Positions 58,299-64,000 of a stretch of DNA of 64,000 nucleotides are shown here, one piece after another (the stretch's first letter is position 1; each line of letters opens with the position of its first letter). Both the position numbers and the translations under genes were made by a program. The stretch is from positions 3,503 through 67,502 of the forward strand of contig CAZMTL010000001.1 in the NCBI GenBank assembly GCA_964569575.1, read 5' to 3'. This stretch comes from an uncultured Gammaproteobacteria bacterium (lineage in GTDB: Bacteria > Patescibacteriota > Patescibacteriia > UBA9934). Under the pieces are notes generated by a model, which was given only the letters and a program-made list of their open reading frames with translations, was not told the DNA's origin and did not search any database.

Positions 58299-59273
58299 CT
58301 ACTTATCAATACACGTACCTAGTAGCTCCGCAGATGGATATTGCTTTATGTGCCATTCACTTTCCGAAATTCGATCGCCCATGAATAGCAACTGATAGAT
58401 GTTTCCTGCCCGCAGTTCTTCAATCGTCGTCTGAACCTTGTCTTTATTTTCAAAACGGCATGTTCCTTCGTCTTTTTCGTAACTTCTATCATTTACGAAA
58501 TAATGCAGAAGGTACGCATCACCGTCTTTCTCGGTCGAGATATCTATGACTTGCTGGTAGCCGCTAGTTACTGAATTATCTATCTTTCCAGAAATCATTT
58601 GATCAACTTCTACAGCGCTATAAAAGCACTCCGTGTCCTGTTCGCAGTTCATCAACGTTTCGCTTACAGGTATTGATCCCAAATTCGTATTTGTGATCCC
58701 TAATCCCTTTGCACGCATTAGTTCGTACGCGTCCTGAGCGCGACCCAAGTAATAGCGACGATTGTCTTCGGGATTTACCCACCAAGCTTCTCCGCGGCTT
58801 TCGACTTGAAGGAAAATTTTTCCAGATTGCTGACGAGCGAATGAATGGTCGAATTTTGATCGCTGTGCTTGAACGAGTGGATTGTAGTCGTTTTGAACTT
58901 CGACGCCGTCGTTGTAACCATCGTTATCGCTATCTGAATCATTTGGATTTGTTCCGATCGCCTGTTCCATCGCGTCAGTTAAGCCATCATTGTCCGCATC
59001 CCAGTTACTTAATTTATAGTAGCCGATTGGGATCCGTTCTAAATTTGCATTTGTGATTCCGACTCCTTGTCCGCGCATAATTTGATACGCGCTGTCTGCT
59101 CGGTAAAGAAAGTGACGTTCTTTTGTTTCGGGATTTACGTACCAAGCTTCACCGTTCTGCTCGACCTGAAGCAAGATCTTTCCCGCAACGTTGTCGCGCA
59201 CCGAAGCGGCTTGCGCATTAGCAAACGGCACGAGTGCGGAGGCAATTAATAAAACGGCGGCTACTTTTTTCAT
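58299..59273 (-). CDS. Secreted repeat protein, paralog of 252..1286 (two GKILLQVE..GEAW(Y/W)VNP...YYL domains separated by TSP3-like DxDxDG repeats, plus a Cys-containing C-terminal domain)
   Basis: Signal peptide MKKVAAVLLIASALVPFANAQA. The same domain order as the left-edge gene. Confidence 0.65.
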   Translation of the reverse strand: MKKVAAVLLIASALVPFANAQAASVRDNVAGKILLQVEQNGEAWYVNPETKERHFLYRADSAYQIMRGQGVGITNANLERIPIGYYKLSNWDADNDGLTDAMEQAIGTNPNDSDSDNDGYNDGVEVQNDYNPLVQAQRSKFDHSFARQQSGKIFLQVESRGEAWWVNPEDNRRYYLGRAQDAYELMRAKGLGITNTNLGSIPVSETLMNCEQDTECFYSAVEVDQMISGKIDNSVTSGYQQVIDISTEKDGDAYLLHYFVNDRSYEKDEGTCRFENKDKVQTTIEELRAGNIYQLLFMGDRISESEWHIKQYPSAELLGTCIDK

Positions 59274-59401
59274 AGAAAACTATTTTTTATATTCTATCAC
59301 GATCACCTCAATCGATCATACGCTCGACTTCGAGTATCTGGATAACTTTTTAAACAAAGAACGCCCCGAGCCGAGAGCAGGACGCTCTTCGGCTGTGGGC
59401 G

Positions 59402-59966
59402 CTAGGGTTCGGACGCTTCGTTCAGCTTCAGCCCGAACTGGTGCAGGAAGTAGAAGACTTCGTCACACTCTGCCTTCGGCATGTTGCGGGAGGTGAGGTC
59501 CCACTCGCGCGCGTTGAGCAGATCGGCCATCGTGCTGATGCCGAACTCGATCAGTCGTGCGTGCGCGGATGTGCTCAACGTGCAGCGCGGGCGCAGGCTG
59601 GAGTCCCGCAGAACTTCCAGGATGGTCTTGGTTCGCAGGTCGGCGATGCGCGAGGCGCTTGGCACTCCGCTCTTCCATCCCATGATCTGCATCACTGGGC
59701 ACAGCTCGGTGACCGCCTTCAGCACTTCGGGCGTGTTCGGCAGGTAGAAGATGTGCTCGACGCGCTGCGTTCGTCCTTGTGGCGTGTGGACCATGATCAC
59801 GTCCGCGAACCGTGACGGATCGTCGTCGCGAATGCGTCCCTCGATGATGGCATGCCGCTCCTGTCGGTAGGCCAGGTCGGCAACAAGACGGTACGCAGCA
59901 GACTGTTCATCCACTTGATCGGTGTGGCAACCGTGGTATCCATCGACGTAAAACGTCCACTTGATC
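59402..59966 (-). CDS. Hypothetical protein encoded by a GC-rich cassette, with a C-terminal RNA-polymerase-alpha-CTD-like HhH domain
   Basis: ORF 59402..60127 trimmed to ATG 59966 (MIKWTFYVDGY), which has AGGAGG upstream and a TTGACC-17-TAGAGT promoter. C-terminal LSTSAHARLIEFGISTMADLLNAREWDLTSRNMPKAECDEVFYFLHQFGLKL. Confidence 0.45.
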
Positions 59967-60129
59967 ATGTCGTCCTCCTGTCGCAAGCGACAATTGACTC
60001 TAGCGAATTTACTCAAGCCGGTCAAACGAAAGAGCATTCTAATTGTAATCGCATTCAGCTTTTTCGCCTGTATTTTCCCGTTGACACTCCCCTCTTTTTC
60101 CCCTATTCTATCGACACAATTCGCCACAC

Positions 60130-60204
60130 GGTCCCATCGTCTAACGGTTAGGACGCCAGGTTCTCATCCTGGTAATCGGGGTTCGATTCCCCGTGGGATC
60201 ACCA
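60130..60204 (+). tRNA. tRNA-Glu (anticodon CUC)
   Basis: Cloverleaf read by hand. Acceptor GGTCCCA/TGGGATC, D-arm GTC..GAC, anticodon stem CCAGG/CCTGG with loop TTCTCAT, T-arm CGGGG-TTCGATT-CCCCG, discriminator A, encoded CCA. A terminator-like hairpin lies at 60209..60234. Confidence 0.85.
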
Positions 60205-60341
60205 GAAAAAGTCCGAGCTTACCTCGGGTTTTTTCATTGCATAAAACGCTACGAATAAGGATATGACCTCTTTACAAAATCTTGTACACACCTTTAATTT
60301 ATCACTAAAGGTAGGTCATCGATTAAATCAATAAAATATAA

Positions 60342-60926
60342 CTAAATAACATGAAGAGTTCCGATAACACCGTTCCGTATTCTGGACTGTAGTAACTTCT
60401 TCACAAGCAGACTCCAATCATCCCCATGATCAGGAAATTTAACAGTAACACATCCCTGGCTTATTGTTCCGAAATGTATATATCTCTGCGTACGAGCACC
60501 GTTCTCTTTTAATAACGGGAACCACACATTAGCCGCCTTGCTACCACCAGCCTTTTCATCTAAGTAGTTTTCTTTTATTAAGTCATTAACAGGATGTTCC
60601 GGCAAAAGCACATAATACGTCCCTGATTTAATACGTCGTGACGAACATACGACATTAATTGCCCCAAAACCATCGATAAGTAATTGATTATTATTTTGCA
60701 TGTATTTGATATCCACTCCGTCAGAATAATCAAATAAACCAAACTCTAATGATTCTGTAATATTTAATCTTTGTCCACTATAGCGACCCTCACTAATTAT
60801 ATATTCATTGTTTCGGTGAATTATTTTTGTATAATTCGGAATATAAAAATTGGTACCATCCGACAATTTTAATCTGCACCAATTAGAATCATTTACCCGT
60901 CTGAATACTCCTTCCTGAAGGCTCAT
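60342..60926 (-). CDS. Hypothetical protein with an L,D-transpeptidase/Tlde1-like His...Ser-x-Gly-Cys motif (YIHFGTISQGCVTV), encoded in an AT-rich islet
   Basis: 194 aa. About 33 % GC, against 42-47 % in neighbours. Motif resemblance only. Confidence 0.35.
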   Translation of the reverse strand: MSLQEGVFRRVNDSNWCRLKLSDGTNFYIPNYTKIIHRNNEYIISEGRYSGQRLNITESLEFGLFDYSDGVDIKYMQNNNQLLIDGFGAINVVCSSRRIKSGTYYVLLPEHPVNDLIKENYLDEKAGGSKAANVWFPLLKENGARTQRYIHFGTISQGCVTVKFPDHGDDWSLLVKKLLQSRIRNGVIGTLHVI

Positions 60927-61918
60927 ACCGAATCTTCAATGTAAGAATATGCTGATTGAACCAGTTGAATGAAATTTTCGTCAGAATTATATCGCTGAAT
61001 TAGCTCCATTCTCTCTGGCCAAGTCAAGAGCATAGAATCCATAAAATATTCTTCAACTGCCATGCGAATCGACTCTTTATCACTAATATATTTGGGAGAA
61101 TTGACCTGCATAACGCCATACGTACCCTGTTTGACGATAAACGATTTTAACCACTCTACCTTACGAAGCCAAGCTGGTCGCTGTAATGACTCAACTAAAC
61201 AGACTGCAAGTACGAGTTTTTTGTCAGCCCGATTAGCAATCGAAAATTCGTCAATATATTGTTTTATCCGGATACTTATTTTGTTTGACAATTTTTCGAA
61301 AATGTCTGATTCATCAACGTGATTCGCACGATACTGCCTGTATCCATAAACAGCTATTAGCGCAGCTAATGCTGCTGACCAGGTATTGTCAACTACATTG
61401 CTAAAGTCAGGCGCGATTGCTTGTCCGAAAGATGAAACTCCTAGAATCGCAGCCATTAAACCACCAAGAAGACAAATTAGGATTATGAAAAAATGGTAAA
61501 TGATTTGATTTGGCTTATTAAAATACGTCTTTACCCCGTCTTCTCCGAAAAATAATTTTTTTAAGGAAAGACCGTTTGTAGATATTGCGTGTACAAGCGC
61601 TGTCAATAATCCCAAATAAATAACGTCCCGTTGTGGTTTATCCTCTGCCACAACAGCCAAAATTGGCGTTAATATGATCATTATTGGGAGTAAACGAAAA
61701 CTAATAAATCGAAAAGGCGAGACCGATACATAGATACTAGTTTGATCCGATAGTGAAAAATAAAATGTAGGCCATTTTATTTTAACTAGTTCATACACAA
61801 GTCTGAGCAAGTAGCATGCCAGAGCACCAGCAAAGATATAATGCGCATAGTGATTAGCGGTCAGTCGATCAAGAAGTGAAAGCATGAATTGATAAGCTTG
61901 TAATACGAAATCTGGCAT
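60923..61918 (-). CDS. Membrane-anchored protein with a C-terminal lytic-transglycosylase-like (SLT family 1) motif
   Basis: 331 aa. About 5 TM helices, then LVESLQRP....GTYGVMQVNSPKY (E-S...G-hydrophobic-MQ-V pattern). Overlaps the downstream gene by 4 nt. Confidence 0.45.
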   Translation of the reverse strand: MPDFVLQAYQFMLSLLDRLTANHYAHYIFAGALACYLLRLVYELVKIKWPTFYFSLSDQTSIYVSVSPFRFISFRLLPIMIILTPILAVVAEDKPQRDVIYLGLLTALVHAISTNGLSLKKLFFGEDGVKTYFNKPNQIIYHFFIILICLLGGLMAAILGVSSFGQAIAPDFSNVVDNTWSAALAALIAVYGYRQYRANHVDESDIFEKLSNKISIRIKQYIDEFSIANRADKKLVLAVCLVESLQRPAWLRKVEWLKSFIVKQGTYGVMQVNSPKYISDKESIRMAVEEYFMDSMLLTWPERMELIQRYNSDENFIQLVQSAYSYIEDSV

Positions 61919-62101
61919 ACATATCTAGTCTATCATCTCTTTGCCCGAGTCTCTATATCTCTGCATTGGCATCGCGTCAGTGCTGTGCAAGAGCCAGCCC
62001 TGTTTGTTTACTTCAGTCATAAATCCCTTCCAACCAAATTCCAAACAAAGAACCGCCCCACAAGAGGCGCCGAGGGGCGGTTCGTGGTGGCGGTTGAGTT
62101 G

Positions 62102-62434
62102 TTACGTTTGGCCGTGCGTCTGTGTGGCCTTCAGGAAGAGTTCGCGGGTCTTTCCCACGAACGGCGCGTCTTGGAACGAGGCGTGCTTTGGCCACGGGAT
62201 TGCGATCAGGCCAATCAGCCAGCTGCGCTCGCTTTCGCTCGAGGTCGCGTAGCGCTCTTCGAGCTCGTGCGCGTACTGGCTTCGGAATTCAGGCCGCATG
62301 CGCGAATCCACAACGATCCAGAGCAGCACATGCATGTAGAATTGATAGTCTGAGTCGACCATCTCTTCGACCAACTCGGTGTAGTTGGGATGTTCGCCAA
62401 CAAATCGCTCATCAACGGAATAATCCAGCATCAC
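62102..62434 (-). CDS. Hypothetical 110-aa protein, GC-rich cassette
   Basis: ATG after AGGATAGGTG. Divergent from the 62615 gene, with a shared TTGACA-containing intergenic region. Terminator hairpin gaaccgcccc...ggggcggttc at 62049..62085. Confidence 0.4.
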   Translation of the reverse strand: MMLDYSVDERFVGEHPNYTELVEEMVDSDYQFYMHVLLWIVVDSRMRPEFRSQYAHELEERYATSSESERSWLIGLIAIPWPKHASFQDAPFVGKTRELFLKATQTHGQT

Positions 62435-62614
62435 CTATCCTTGCATGTTAGTCATTCAGCACGACGACTCACAATATCACGATTTAAGTATTTGTCAATT
62501 TAGCTCAGCTTAACTCCGCCCCCCCCCTGCGACATTGACAAAGCGCTCAAAAATGGCTATTATTCGCGCCGAATGGTGACGATTTTGTTGCCTTCTGAAC
62601 GCCCGAGGTTCTTC

Positions 62615-63079
62615 ATGATCGCTTCTCTTCTGCTGATGTTCGGCGCCAACGCCAACCCTGTGACGGACGCGCCCGTGAAGTGGGATCCAATCGTGGAGCC
62701 GGCCCCGACCGTCAAGCCGAACCCGCACGTCTCCCCTGCCACCAGTCGGCTGGAAGCGCCGCAGATCGAGCTGATGGCGGCGGCTGAGATGCGTTACGGT
62801 CGGAAGTACGACCTGGTGCTGGTGAACGTCGACGCGACCAATCCCGGGAAGGACGGCTGGCGGACCTGTGGTCGTATGACCATCGAGCAGTTCGGCATCC
62901 TGCCCGAGGTTCCGGCCGTCTTACTCAACAAGCAGAACGAGCCGTGCGGCGATCACCCCAATGATCCCCTCGCGCTCGTGATGGTGGTGGGACCGACCGG
63001 TTTCCACGAAGCCATCATGCTCCCGAGCAAAGGATCGGAATACACCAAAGTCGAGCTGGCGATCATTCAGCTCGACTAG
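62615..63079 (+). CDS. Hypothetical secreted 154-aa protein, GC-rich cassette
   Basis: ORF 62573..63079. Preferred start ATG 62615 (GAGG 8 nt upstream) gives signal-peptide MIASLLLMFGANANP. Promoter TTGACA-17-TATTAT at about 62537..62565. Confidence 0.45.
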   Translation: MIASLLLMFGANANPVTDAPVKWDPIVEPAPTVKPNPHVSPATSRLEAPQIELMAAAEMRYGRKYDLVLVNVDATNPGKDGWRTCGRMTIEQFGILPEVPAVLLNKQNEPCGDHPNDPLALVMVVGPTGFHEAIMLPSKGSEYTKVELAIIQLD

Positions 63080-63273
63080 CTCACACACCCACGACACAAG
63101 AGCCACTCAGCTTTTGCCTCGCCGGGTGTGTTCTTGTTTTTATTAAATAAGCTTGTTTTAAGGCTTTTGGCTTGATTTTTCTTTCAAACTGTGTTAGTCT
63201 GTGATGTTGGCTTTTTTGGTGGTTCGCTTGGTTTATTGATGGTAAATCGCGCGAAACACCGTAGGAGTCACTC

Positions 63274-63804
63274 ATGTTCTTCTTCATTTCTACCTTCGCC
63301 TTGGCCACCGAACCCGACCTCATCGAGGTCGAGAAGCACGATCCCGAACCGAACACCGCATATTTCTTGCGGGTGCTCGGGGGCGGGCACATGCAGCCCG
63401 ACTACGGACCGATCCGCAAGGGCGTCAGCCCTTCGATCAGCCTCGGAGCAGGAGTCGAGTTCCGCGAGCCTGGACTCGCCATGGTGCAGGTCGCTCTCGA
63501 CCTCACCTACTTCCCCATCACGAAGGGTTACGGAGGACGGCACACGGCCGTTCTCGGGTACCCCTGGCAGCACTTCTCCATTTACGGAGGGGTTGGCCAC
63601 CAGCTCGAGACGCATCTTGGGCCTCTGTGGCTCGATGCGTACTCGGCGCTCGCCGTCGTGGGCGCCGACGCGCGCGCGGGTGATCGACTGGCCGTCTCCA
63701 TCGAAGGATGGTGTTCGGCTGGTAGCGCCTCCAAGCGCGAAGAAGGGTCGTTCGTCGCGTCTTGCGGCGGGAATGTGGGACTGAAGGTCCTGCTTCCGAA
63801 GTAA
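63274..63804 (+). CDS. Hypothetical 176-aa protein, beta-rich and possibly outer-membrane-barrel-like, GC-rich cassette
   Basis: ATG after GTAGGAG. Promoter TTGATT-17-TAGTCT. Alternating hydrophobic beta-strand patterns. A GC-rich hairpin plus T-run lies at about 63806..63860. Confidence 0.4.
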   Translation: MFFFISTFALATEPDLIEVEKHDPEPNTAYFLRVLGGGHMQPDYGPIRKGVSPSISLGAGVEFREPGLAMVQVALDLTYFPITKGYGGRHTAVLGYPWQHFSIYGGVGHQLETHLGPLWLDAYSALAVVGADARAGDRLAVSIEGWCSAGSASKREEGSFVASCGGNVGLKVLLPK

Positions 63805-63899
63805 CGCGCACTCGCGCGGCAAAGAGCACTCGCTCTCGCCGCTCGGGTGCTTCTTTGTTTTTACTCTACATTCTTCGCAACATTTGCTACACTTTTTGC

Positions 63900-64000
63900 A
63901 TGACACAGGTGATCGCGACTATTTGGAAGAAACCGTACAATGCCGAAAAGAACCAAGCGATGATCGATGCTGGGGTGAATGTTTTTCGTATTAAGTGTTC
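63900..64000 (+). CDS. pyk: Pyruvate kinase, N-terminal fragment; the gene runs off the right edge
   Basis: ATG 63900. MTQVIATIWKKPYNAEKNQAMIDAGVNVFRIK resembles the PK N-terminus (KIVATIGP...L..AGMNVARLNFSHG). Confidence 0.4.
   Translation, partial: MTQVIATIWKKPYNAEKNQAMIDAGVNVFRIKC

Noticed and set aside
60205-61935. Integration att site (direct repeat of the tRNA-Glu 3' end) flanking the AT-rich islet
   Set aside because: No copy of the tRNA 3' terminal 15-20 nt was found at the distal boundary near 61930. No integrase gene is present either.
1-64000. CRISPR arrays, rRNA genes, transposase or integrase genes
   Set aside because: No regularly spaced direct repeats with unique spacers were seen. 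There are no rRNA-like conserved blocks. No ORF shows DDE, serine or tyrosine recombinase motifs.

Overview
This 64-kb window looks like bacterial chromosome with roughly 42-47 % GC, carrying mostly housekeeping genes. There are several striking oddities on top of that. One is at least eight GC-rich (about 60 %) self-contained expression cassettes. Another is four families of hairpin-forming repeats, one copy inserted in-frame inside nrdJ. There is also a 550-nt GC-rich ORF-free segment with its own promoter. Finally, an AT-rich islet next to tRNA-Glu encodes two peptidoglycan-active-looking proteins. All calls are from reading the sequence and ORF translations; no database searches were run, so family assignments are motif-level.

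Recognised genes:
- An ABC-F ATPase.
- A GT2 membrane glycosyltransferase.
- recQ.
- xth (exonuclease III).
- An SGNH hydrolase.
- A MarR regulator followed by two ABC exporter genes.
- Two RimK-like ATP-grasp ligases and a riboflavin-kinase domain protein.
- A beta-CASP metallo-beta-lactamase-fold nuclease.
- A VKOR and thioredoxin-like pair.
- dusB-like tRNA-dihydrouridine synthase.
- A 731-aa FG-GAP beta-propeller protein.
- glmS.
- ftsI-like PBP followed by murF.
- A NUDIX-CobO fusion.
- A monomeric class II (B12-dependent) ribonucleotide reductase, nrdJ, with two upstream NrdR-box-like palindromes.
- dnaJ, dnaK, grpE and hrcA, with a perfect CIRCE element upstream of hrcA.
- A CPA2/RCK antiporter coupled to a small K-channel-like protein.
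- tRNA-Glu(CUC).
- The start of a pyruvate kinase gene at the right edge.

The GC-rich cassettes each carry a consensus-like sigma70 promoter (TTGACx, 17-bp spacer, TAnnnT), a strong Shine-Dalgarno, an ORF of mostly unknown function and a hairpin terminator. They encode two tandem-duplicated pentapeptide-repeat proteins, a HAD-like hydrolase, a 2-gene operon, a 3-gene divergent cluster and several single unknown genes. The four repeat families are mosaic and palindromic, REP/MITE-like. No CRISPR array, rRNA or obvious transposase was seen.
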